Shown here: one piece after another, positions 1 to 6,868 of the stretch
How the letters are laid out: the number at the start of each line of letters is the position of its first letter
Numbering within the stretch: the stretch's first letter is position 1
DNA from: Polyangiales bacterium
Lineage (GTDB): Bacteria > Myxococcota_A > Polyangia > Polyangiales > Polyangiaceae
Length of the DNA stretch: 10,720 bases
Direction: 5' to 3'
NCBI GenBank assembly: GCA_038230375.1
Contig: JBBRNJ010000139.1
Coordinates: 1 to 10,720, forward strand
Program-made: the position numbers and the translations under genes
The notes under the pieces: generated by a model
What the model saw: the letters and a program-made list of their open reading frames with translations, nothing else
Told to the model about the DNA's origin: nothing
The model's database searches: none

Positions 1-1
1 C

Positions 2-937
2 ATCGCCCCTGGGGACGAGGTCATCGTTCCCGCGTTCACGTTCGTGTCCACGATCAACGCGTTCGCGATCCGCGGCGCAAGGGCGGTGTTCGCGGACATC
101 CGGGCCGACACGCTGAACCTCGACGAGCGGAAGCTCGAGTCGCTCGTCACCCCGCGTACGAAGGCGATCGTTCCGGTTCACTATGCGGGCGTCGGCTGCG
201 AGATGGACGCCATCCTCGCGATCTCCGCGCCGCGCGGCATCGCCGTGGTGGAGGACAACGCGCATGGGCTCTACGGCACGTACCGCGGCCGCCATCTCGG
301 CACGTTCGGCGCCCTCGCGACGCAGTCGTTCCACGAGACGAAGAACTTCACGTGCGGCGAAGGCGGCGCGTTGCTCGTCAACGAGACGCCTCTCGGCTCA
401 TTCACCGCGCGCGCGGAAATCCTCAGGGAAAAAGGCACGAATCGCAGTCAGTTCTTCCGCGGACAGGTCGACAAGTACACGTGGGTCGACGTCGGCTCGA
501 GCTATGTCCTCTCCGACGTGCTCGGAGCGCTGCTCCTCGGTCAGCTCGAGGCGCGCGCGGAGATCCAGCAGAACCGCCGCCAGGTCTGGGAACGCTATGC
601 GAGCGAGCTCGGCGCGTGGGCGTCGGCCTCGGGCGTCGTGCTACCGACCGTGCCCGCCCACTGCGAGCAGGCGTTTCACATGTTCTACCTGCTACTCCCC
701 GATCTCGCGAAACGTACCGCGTTCATCGCGCATCTGAAAGAGCGGGGTGTGGCGTCGGTGTTCCACTATCTACCGCTGCACCTGTCGCCGATGGGCGTGC
801 GGTTCGGCGGCAAGGGTGGCGACTGCCCGGTCACCGAATCGATGAGCGATCGCCTCGTGCGTTTGCCGTTCTATACGGAACTCTCCGAGGCGGATCAGGA
901 AGAGGTCATCGACGCCGTAAGGTCCTTTCAGGTCTAA
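2..937 (+). CDS. wecE: dTDP-4-amino-4,6-dideoxygalactose transaminase (WecE/RffA, DegT/DnrJ/EryC1/StrS family), 5' truncated by the window edge
   Basis: Frame is open from base 2 (IAPGDEVIVPAFTFVSTINAF...). Motifs typical of WecE: IVPVHYAGVGCEMD, VVEDNAHG, SFHETKN (PLP lysine), CGEGGAL, EKGTNRSQFFRGQVDKYTWVDVGSSY, VFHYLPLH, LVRLPFY. Stop TAA 935-937. Confidence 0.92.
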   Translation: MAPGDEVIVPAFTFVSTINAFAIRGARAVFADIRADTLNLDERKLESLVTPRTKAIVPVHYAGVGCEMDAILAISAPRGIAVVEDNAHGLYGTYRGRHLGTFGALATQSFHETKNFTCGEGGALLVNETPLGSFTARAEILREKGTNRSQFFRGQVDKYTWVDVGSSYVLSDVLGALLLGQLEARAEIQQNRRQVWERYASELGAWASASGVVLPTVPAHCEQAFHMFYLLLPDLAKRTAFIAHLKERGVASVFHYLPLHLSPMGVRFGGKGGDCPVTESMSDRLVRLPFYTELSEADQEEVIDAVRSFQV

Positions 938-943
938 ACTCAA

Positions 944-2686
944 CTAAGGCGCAGGGGGCGGCTCGAAGGCGGTCTTCCCGACGCAACAGTAGGCCTCGGA
1001 CACCAGCGCCGTCGGCCGCAGGACCTTCGGAAAGAGTGAGCAGCGTCCGATCATGCCCGGGCTGCGCAGACTGCTCAAGAACGGGCGGATCTTCTCGCCC
1101 CCGTACGCCCTCCCGATCCACGGGATACCATCCGTGATGTAGATGAGGTCGAGCGGCTGCTGGAGGTGCTCGAACGCGTGCACCGTGTAGTCGTCGATGA
1201 CGAGATGAGTCGCGCCATCGCCGTCGATCGCGCACGCGCGCGCCAGCGCGCGGATCTTCGCCTTCTCGACATCGAACCCGAAGATCGGTAGTGCCAGCGG
1301 CTGGTCGGGGACGGTCGGTCCAACGCGCTCGGCGTTCGCACGCAACGGCGGTCCGAAGTAGCCGATCAGCGTGACGAGATTCTGGCTGGCCAGCACCAGG
1401 AACGCCAAAAGCGAGAGCTTGCCGAGCGCACGCGGGAGGAGCGGGCGATCGTCGACCGACAGCGCGAGCGCCGCGATCAGGCTCAGCGCGGGCATCACCA
1501 GCGTGCAATTGTAGAACGGAAAAGCCTTGTAGAAGAAGGCATTCGTGCCAATGCCAAGGATCAGCGCGCCGCCCAGTGCCATATTCGCACGAGCGACCTT
1601 GTTCTGTCTCCGATAAGCCAATAGCAGGAGCAGTGGAATGACCCAGAACAGCGCAATGAAGGCTGGGCGCGTCTCCTCGTTCAGATCGCGTATCTCTGGG
1701 GGAAGCCTCCGGCTGTTGGGTAGCGGAACCCACATGGTATTGCTGGCCGAGAAGAGCACCTCGTCCCACGCGTGGGGCGGCGCGTTGACGACGTTGTGCC
1801 AGCCGGTGAGCAGGAACGTTCCTGGCTCGGTGATCAGCGACCGAGGGCGCAACGCGGCGCCGTCGAACCACTGCGTCACGCCCGGCGCCTCCTCGCAGCG
1901 CACCATCGACGCGGACACGCGATAGCACTGGAACGCCATCACCATCACGATTGGGACCAGGATGAGGCTCCACCGCCACCTGCGCCCTTGCGGCGCGGAG
2001 AGCACCCCGGAGGTGAGGACAAACGGCAGGAAGAAGAGGGCCTTCGGATGAGCATAGAAAAAGAGGGACGACAGAAGGAGGAAGCCGACACCGATGAACA
2101 CGCGGGCGCGCTTGCGATGCGCCCAGCTGCGCGCGATCACCGGCAGCGCGCAGTAGCCGACGAGGCACAGCTTCATCACCTGCTCGCTGCGCGAGAGAAT
2201 GACGACGAAGGGCAGGATGCCCAGACACGAGATCGCGCATAGGCCGGCAACGGCAGAGACCTTCTGCGCCCTCTTCCTCACGCCTTGACACGCAAGCCAG
2301 GCCACTCCAGCCATGGCCGCCACCGAGAACGCGATCCCCGAAACCTTGATGCCGACGAGTCCGATGTACCCGTACGCAAGCGTCAAGAGGACAGCGCCGG
2401 GATAGAGCGTGGATGGCACCGGCTGAACCCATGACGACGAGCACATGGGCAGGAGCGAGACGAGGTTCCCGTGCTCCTCGAAGACGCGCGAGTTCGCGAG
2501 CTTCGTCGAGACCTCGTCCGACAGGAGCGGCACGTAGAAGCCGGTAGCCAGCGCGATCCCGAAGAAGGCGAGGACCACGACGGACGCGAGCCCGAGGCTG
2601 AGCGAGAGCGTCGTCGAAGCGCCGCGAACGAGGAAAGTCCCGATGCGCCTCAGCCGCGCGCGGCGTTCGAGGCTCAGATCGAACAT
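944..2686 (-). CDS. Multi-pass membrane protein, putative GT-C fold glycosyltransferase (580 aa)
   Basis: Start re-called to ATG 2686 (MFDLSLERR), 19 bp after the upstream stop; the ORF-track extension to 2839 overlaps the upstream gene. About 10-11 hydrophobic segments, an acidic 'SDE' in the loop after the first TM region (FYVPLLSDEVSTK) as in GT-C enzymes, and a soluble Cys-containing C-terminal domain. The CDS is well supported; the function is inferred. Confidence 0.65.
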   Translation of the reverse strand: MFDLSLERRARLRRIGTFLVRGASTTLSLSLGLASVVVLAFFGIALATGFYVPLLSDEVSTKLANSRVFEEHGNLVSLLPMCSSSWVQPVPSTLYPGAVLLTLAYGYIGLVGIKVSGIAFSVAAMAGVAWLACQGVRKRAQKVSAVAGLCAISCLGILPFVVILSRSEQVMKLCLVGYCALPVIARSWAHRKRARVFIGVGFLLLSSLFFYAHPKALFFLPFVLTSGVLSAPQGRRWRWSLILVPIVMVMAFQCYRVSASMVRCEEAPGVTQWFDGAALRPRSLITEPGTFLLTGWHNVVNAPPHAWDEVLFSASNTMWVPLPNSRRLPPEIRDLNEETRPAFIALFWVIPLLLLLAYRRQNKVARANMALGGALILGIGTNAFFYKAFPFYNCTLVMPALSLIAALALSVDDRPLLPRALGKLSLLAFLVLASQNLVTLIGYFGPPLRANAERVGPTVPDQPLALPIFGFDVEKAKIRALARACAIDGDGATHLVIDDYTVHAFEHLQQPLDLIYITDGIPWIGRAYGGEKIRPFLSSLRSPGMIGRCSLFPKVLRPTALVSEAYCCVGKTAFEPPPAP

Positions 2687-2696
2687 GCGAGACGCG

Positions 2697-2705
2697 AGTC
2701 TACCA
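2697..2705 (-). promoter_or_regulatory. Putative extended -10 element (TGg-TAGACT) 10 nt upstream of ATG 2686
   Basis: Minus strand reads TGA-TGG-TAGACT-cgcgtctcgc-ATG; no Shine-Dalgarno in the 19-bp gap. Confidence 0.35.
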
Positions 2706-3743
2706 TCAGGGAGGAGCGTCGCCCTGCGTCTCGGCCGGGGTAGGCAGCGCGCGGCTCCGCCTGAGCGCGAGGTAGGGGAACACGCCGAGCAGCGACGGCG
2801 CGATCTGCCCGACGAGATAGGCATTGAACACGGATGCACCCCCGGTGATCGCGATCATGGCAAACAGCCGATCGAAGGCCACGTGTCCGACGCCGATCCC
2901 GCCCGGCGAGATGGGCAAAACGATGGTGAGGATACCCAGCGGGAAGACCGTCGCGATGGCCGAGTAGCGGATGTCATGCGCCGTGATGGCCACGGCGAGC
3001 GCGGTGAAGAACATCATGCCCACCGCGTGAAGTGACATCGAGAGGGCGAGCGCGATGGCGAGGTTCTTCGGACCTGCCGATACGAGGCGCGCGGCCGCGA
3101 CGAGCTGACCGGTGAGCTTCGCGAAGCGGGTCGTCCCGCGGGTCCACATCGCCAGGCGCTCGCCCGACCTGCGCACGATGGCGATGAGGATGGCCGGCGC
3201 GAGGACCGTCACGACCGCGAGCGCGGCGACCAGTATGGCGAGGTCGCGGAGCTGCGGGTCGCTCCAGAGGACCGCGCCGCGCAGCATGATCGCGACGCCA
3301 GCCACGATGACGAGCCCGCCCAGACCGAGCATCCGCTCCACGAAAACGATGAGGAACACAGTGGGCCGCTTCGCGGGCTCTGCCTCGCGCGCCGCATAGG
3401 CGGACTTGAGGAGATCGCCGCCCACGTTGCCGGGGATGGCCGTGTTGAAGAACATGGCGCTCATCTGCAGCTGGATCGCCCGGCCGAGGGGGATCCGGAC
3501 GTCCGCCAGGCGGAGGAGCACCCTCCAGCGGAGAGCACCGACGAGGTTGGCGAGCGCGTTCAGCCCGAGGCTTGCGAGCAGCAGCAGCGGCCGGTGGATG
3601 AACACGTCGAGCGCCTTGAAATCAAGCGATCCTGAACGAATCAGCCACGCGATGAGCGCTGCTGCAAAGACAACCTTGCACGCAAAGATGATCCTTCGAC
3701 GCTCCCGCCCCGGGGATGACGGTGCACCCGCTGGCGCTACCAC
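2706..3743 (-). CDS. Lysylphosphatidylglycerol synthase TM domain / UPF0104 (YbhN, AglD2-like) flippase-like membrane protein (345 aa)
   Basis: Family-type motifs ALRWRVLL, AMFFNTAIPGNVGGDLLK, IVFVERMLGL, LPISPGGIGV; about 8 TM segments. Start re-called to GTG 3743, with GAGGAG 7 nt upstream. Confidence 0.85.
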   Translation of the reverse strand: MVAPAGAPSSPGRERRRIIFACKVVFAAALIAWLIRSGSLDFKALDVFIHRPLLLLASLGLNALANLVGALRWRVLLRLADVRIPLGRAIQLQMSAMFFNTAIPGNVGGDLLKSAYAAREAEPAKRPTVFLIVFVERMLGLGGLVIVAGVAIMLRGAVLWSDPQLRDLAILVAALAVVTVLAPAILIAIVRRSGERLAMWTRGTTRFAKLTGQLVAAARLVSAGPKNLAIALALSMSLHAVGMMFFTALAVAITAHDIRYSAIATVFPLGILTIVLPISPGGIGVGHVAFDRLFAMIAITGGASVFNAYLVGQIAPSLLGVFPYLALRRSRALPTPAETQGDAPP

Positions 3744-3747
3744 GCGC

Positions 3748-3898
3748 TCACTCCTCGCGCACCAGGATGAGGCGCGCGTACGGAATGCGAAGGAGGTCGG
3801 TGTGTATGGCGGGCCACCTTGGAAAATACGCGGTCCGGAGCGCGGTTGCCGTGGTTGCACGGAGGGCACCGGTGTCGTTCCCACTGACGAAGACCCAC
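3748..3898 (-). pseudogene. Internally deleted, frameshifted duplicate of the neighbouring SAM methyltransferase
   Basis: 3748-3813 aligns ungapped to 4209-4274 (50/66 nt by hand count; IHTDLLRIPYARLILVREE* vs VRSDLLRIPYTHLIMECEK*). After a 2-nt gap DRVFSKV is identical in another frame. 'ctgacgaagac' (3884-3894 vs 4384-4394; VFVSG vs VFVRG) is joined almost directly to the GTG start region, so about 420 nt including the SAM-binding motif are missing. Confidence 0.88.
3751..3756 (-). promoter_or_regulatory. Shine-Dalgarno GAGGAG for the flippase-like gene
   Basis: Minus strand GAGGAG-tgagcgc-GTG; the hexamer is the final Glu-Glu codons of the pseudogene remnant. Confidence 0.7.
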
Positions 3899-3940
3899 GC
3901 GCCGCACGGTAGGTGACCGCCCGCGGGTCGACAAGCGCTC
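3895..3940 (-). repeat. 46-bp direct repeat, copy A; putative sigma70-like promoter (-35 TTGTCG 3934-3929, -10 TACCGT 3911-3906)
   Basis: 41/46 identical to 4811-4856, including a 25-bp exact match; 17-bp spacer; GTG 7 nt after the -10. Confidence 0.85.
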
Positions 3941-4208
3941 AGCTTTCGGCGCTCGCCTGGTCCGTTCACGAGTGGATGGTCGCGTACCCGTCCCCATGCG
4001 GCGTCGTCGGGAGCAATGCAAGCCAGCTCCAGCTCGTCACCCTCTGCGGGTGCCTGGGGACGCGACCAATTTCCAACACCTCGGACGCGGCTGCTCGGTC
4101 AGCTACGGAGCGAGCCGCAAGGGTATCGGCCTCACGGTTCGCGGGGCGCCGTGGACGTGCGACGCCGGAATGCGACCTCGGGAGGAGGGGCGCAGGCGCC
4201 TACCGCGG

Positions 4209-4814
4209 TCACTTCTCGCACTCCATGATCAAATGCGTGTACGGGATGCGAAGCAGGTCGCTGCGCACGACGGGCTTCACCTTCGAGAAGACGCGGTCCG
4301 CGATGCGCCGATAACCGGCTTCGTCGCGCACGTGCTCACCGCGGTCCCGCGAGATGATGAGGCGTGCGATGGGGTTCTGGCCCCTGACGAAGACGCCGTC
4401 GAGCGTGACGAGCCGTCCGCCGGGAACCAGCGCCACGAGCGCGAGGCGAAAGAGCTTCTCGGCCTCCTCGTCGTCGAGATGGTGAAGGATGCCCAGCGCC
4501 AGCACGATGTCGAAGCCCTCATGATCGCTGAGCGACTGCTCGCTGACGCGCTGGCAGTAGAAGCGACCGCGGTCGCCGTAGTTCTTGGTCGCCGTGGTGA
4601 TGTAGTCGGGGTTCGCGTCGAACCCGGTGTAGTCGACACGCGGCAGCCACTGGAGGATGTCCGCCGGTCCGCATCCGATGTCGAGTAGGCGCTCGCCTTC
4701 TCGCGCGCGAATGTGCTCGCGCGCGAACCTGCCGCGGTCGCCGCCGACGAGCCGCCCCCAGCTTCGGTAGAGCAGGGGCACGCCGAGGATCTTTTCGAGC
4801 ACGCTCGCCGCCAC
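4209..4814 (-). CDS. Class I SAM-dependent methyltransferase (201 aa)
   Basis: Motif I LLDIGCGPAD, YTGFDAN, FDIVLALGILHHLDD, LVPGGRLVTLD. Preferred start GTG 4814 (7 nt after TACCGT). The alternative is GTG 4889, overlapping the GT2 stop (GTGA), which adds a low-complexity 25-aa leader. Confidence 0.9.
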   Translation of the reverse strand: MAASVLEKILGVPLLYRSWGRLVGGDRGRFAREHIRAREGERLLDIGCGPADILQWLPRVDYTGFDANPDYITTATKNYGDRGRFYCQRVSEQSLSDHEGFDIVLALGILHHLDDEEAEKLFRLALVALVPGGRLVTLDGVFVRGQNPIARLIISRDRGEHVRDEAGYRRIADRVFSKVKPVVRSDLLRIPYTHLIMECEK

Positions 4815-4856
4815 GCGCCGCACGGTAGGTGACCGGCCGCCGCCCGACAAGCTCTC
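4811..4856 (-). repeat. 46-bp direct repeat, copy B; putative sigma70-like promoter (-35 TTGTCG 4850-4845, -10 TACCGT 4827-4822) of the methyltransferase
   Basis: Minus strand TTGTCG-ggcggcggccggtcacc(17)-TACCGT-gcggcgc-GTG; 41/46 identical to 3895-3940. Confidence 0.85.
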
Positions 4857-4885
4857 GCCGTGCGCGGCGGCGGCGCATGACCGTG

Positions 4886-5650
4886 TCACCCAGACCTCAG
4901 GCCGCGCGTTCGCCGATAGCTACGCCGGAGCCGCATCAGCTCCTTCGCCATCGCCATGCCGTCCTTCAGGGGCCGCACCGTCGAGGGACGCCGGCCCGCG
5001 GTCAGCACCACCGGGAGCTCGACGATCGTCTCGCCCTCCTGCTCCGCGTAGTAGCAGAGCTCGGTCGTGTAGAAGAAGCCGCGGGTCTGGATCTTCGGCA
5101 CGATGATCTCGGCGAGGTCGAGACGCGTGAAGACGCTGCCCTGCGAGTCGCCGACCTTCATGCCGATCGTCGCGCGGCGCGCGAGACGGTAGACCGCGCT
5201 CATCACCTTGCGCTTCGCGGTGGCCCCGACCTTGCTCCGTGGGTGGGCCTTCGAGCCCATGAGCATGCGCGAGGAAGCGCGCTGCATGTCGACGAGCGCC
5301 GCCTCGACGTCGCTGAAACCGAACGGGAGATCCGCGCCCTGGATGACCGTCCAGACCTTCGGGTCGCCGCCGAAGCGCGTGATCGCCTCGGTCATGCCGC
5401 GATGAAGGCCGTACCCGATGCCCCCGATGGGCTCGCGATAGGCACGTACGCGGGGCCCGCCTGCCGCGGCTGCGGACCGCTCTTCGAGCTCCTGGCTGAT
5501 GCGCCATGAGTCGTCCTTGCTGCCGTTCTCGCAGAGATAGATCTCCGACCCTGGAAATGCGCCAAGATACTTCACGAGCCGGACGACGTTCGCCGCGAGC
5601 TCCTGGGCCTCGTTGTGGACGGGCAGCACATAGACGAGCTGCGGCAACAC
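4886..5650 (-). CDS. Family 2 glycosyltransferase, DPM1/ALG5-like (putative polyprenol-phosphate sugar synthase; 254 aa)
   Basis: GT-A N-terminus YVLPVHNEA, LCENGSKDDSW, GIGYGLHRG, IQGADL, MGSKAHPRS, DSQGS (cf. DTQCG), FFYTTEL, IVELPV, STVRPLKDG. Start re-called to GTG 5650; the rest of ORF 4886..6832 is the antisense shadow of the DegT gene. Confidence 0.85.
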   Translation of the reverse strand: MLPQLVYVLPVHNEAQELAANVVRLVKYLGAFPGSEIYLCENGSKDDSWRISQELEERSAAAAGGPRVRAYREPIGGIGYGLHRGMTEAITRFGGDPKVWTVIQGADLPFGFSDVEAALVDMQRASSRMLMGSKAHPRSKVGATAKRKVMSAVYRLARRATIGMKVGDSQGSVFTRLDLAEIIVPKIQTRGFFYTTELCYYAEQEGETIVELPVVLTAGRRPSTVRPLKDGMAMAKELMRLRRSYRRTRGLRSG

Positions 5651-5740
5651 TCGGAGCGCCACCTTATCACCTGCGGCTCGGGGCGCGTAGCCGTGCTGGT
5701 CACCAAAGGCGGATTGCACTATAGGGAAGAGCCTATTTAC
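5651..5740. promoter_or_regulatory. 90-bp divergent intergenic/promoter region
   Basis: Lies between oppositely oriented starts and is locally AT-richer. Minus strand has TGa-TAAGGT (5669-5661) and TATAGT (5723-5718). Plus strand has purine-rich AGGGAAGAG before ATG 5741, inside a short ATAGG/CCTAT inverted repeat (5721-5736). Confidence 0.55.
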
Positions 5741-6868
5741 ATGGCTGTTCCGTTCATCGACCTGTCGCGCCTCGTGGCCCGGATCCGCGGCGACGTCATT
5801 GCTTCCTGGACCGAGTGCCTCGACAAGTGCGAGTTCGTCGGCGGACCGCGGGTGGGCGCCGTCGAGAAGAAGCTCGCGGGCGTCCTTGGCGTGCCGAGCG
5901 TGGTGTCCTGCGCGAACGGGACGGATGCGCTGCTCGTCGCCCTCCAGGCGACCGGCGTGAAGCGCGGTACCAAGGTCGCGCTGCCGAACCTCACGTTCTG
6001 GGCGACGTTCGAGGCCGTTGCGCAGCTTGGCGCGATCCCGGTGCTCGTCGATGTCGACCCCGATGACCTGCAGGTGAGCCTCGATCAGCTGCGCTCCGCG
6101 CACGACGCGCACCGCTTCGAGACGCTCATGCTGGTCCACCTCTACGGCTGGACGTCGGCGCGTCTTCTCGAGATTCGTGCATTCTGCAAGGAGCGCAGCA
6201 TCGCCGTCGTCGAAGATGGCGCGCAGTGCTTCGGCGTAGAGGCCTTCGGCGAGCCCGTGCTCGCTGGCGCGGGCCTGGCAACGCTCTCGTTCTACCCGGC
6301 AAAAGTCGTGGGCGGCGCGATGGACGGCGGCGCCATCACGGTGCAATCGAAGGAGCACGAGGCGTTCCTGCGCTCGATTTGCAACCACGGCCGCTCGGAT
6401 CACTACTCGTACGCGCACGTCGGCTGGAACTCGCGCATGGGCGGGCTCCAGGCGGCCTTCCTGTCCCGCGTCCTCGATGAGCTGCCCATCATCCTCGAGT
6501 CCCGCCGCAAGAGCGCCGCCTGGTACCGCGAGCGATTCGCCTCTGACGCCGTCGCGAAGAAGCACGTGCGGGTCTACGGGCCGCCTGAGGGCGTCATCGA
6601 GAACGGCTACCTCAACGTGATCACCGTCGCGGGCAAGCAGGGCCAGGAGATCGTCGATGCGCTCAGGGCGGCCGGGATCGGCGCCGCGCGCACCTACCCC
6701 GAGACGATGGACGTGCAGCCGCCTGCGAAGGCGGCCGGCGCGATCGTCCATGGCGATCAGCAGCACTCGCGCCGCTTCTGCCAGAACGTCGTGAACCTGC
6801 CGCTCTTCTACGGAATGCGCGAAGACGAGCACGAGGCGGCGGCTCGCGCGCTGGTCGCAATGCTATGA
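5741..6868 (+). CDS. DegT/DnrJ/EryC1/StrS PLP-dependent nucleotide-sugar aminotransferase (WbpE/GnnB-like; 375 aa)
   Basis: Family-typical start MAVPFIDL at ATG 5741; CANGTDALLVAL, LVHLYG, VVEDGAQCFG, SFYPAKVVGGAMDGG (PLP lysine), NHGR, VGWNSRM, VNLPLF. Confidence 0.92.
   Translation: MAVPFIDLSRLVARIRGDVIASWTECLDKCEFVGGPRVGAVEKKLAGVLGVPSVVSCANGTDALLVALQATGVKRGTKVALPNLTFWATFEAVAQLGAIPVLVDVDPDDLQVSLDQLRSAHDAHRFETLMLVHLYGWTSARLLEIRAFCKERSIAVVEDGAQCFGVEAFGEPVLAGAGLATLSFYPAKVVGGAMDGGAITVQSKEHEAFLRSICNHGRSDHYSYAHVGWNSRMGGLQAAFLSRVLDELPIILESRRKSAAWYRERFASDAVAKKHVRVYGPPEGVIENGYLNVITVAGKQGQEIVDALRAAGIGAARTYPETMDVQPPAKAAGAIVHGDQQHSRRFCQNVVNLPLFYGMREDEHEAAARALVAML

Noticed and set aside
1..937. wecE as evidence of an enterobacterial common antigen cluster
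   Set aside because: No other wec genes in the window; WecE-like transaminases occur widely in non-enteric glycan loci.
2687..2839. 51-aa N-terminal extension of the 631-aa membrane ORF
   Set aside because: Overlaps the upstream gene out of frame, is Arg/Ser low-complexity, and ATG 2686 follows the upstream stop by 19 bp.
2706..3743. MprF-type lysyl-phosphatidylglycerol synthesis
   Set aside because: Only the TM domain is present, with no cytoplasmic aminoacyl-transferase domain; the glycosyltransferase context favours a flippase-like role.
3744..3884. 47-aa N-terminal extension of the flippase-like ORF
   Set aside because: It reads through the methyltransferase remnant; a strong SD supports GTG 3743.
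4108..4164. GC-rich hairpins (gagccg...cggcctc; cacgg...ccgtg) downstream of the methyltransferase as an intrinsic terminator or ncRNA
   Set aside because: Short imperfect stems expected by chance at this GC content; no U-tract and no recognisable RNA family.
3895..4856. 46-bp direct repeats as att sites, IS ends or CRISPR repeats
   Set aside because: No integrase, transposase or cas gene, and only two copies; the homology continues into methyltransferase coding remnants, so gene duplication explains it.
5651..6832. 648-aa ORF 4886..6832 suggesting a large N-terminal domain fused to the GT2
   Set aside because: The extension is the stop-free antisense frame of the DegT gene, which is common in high-GC DNA; GT2 homology begins at YVLPVHNE near 5650.
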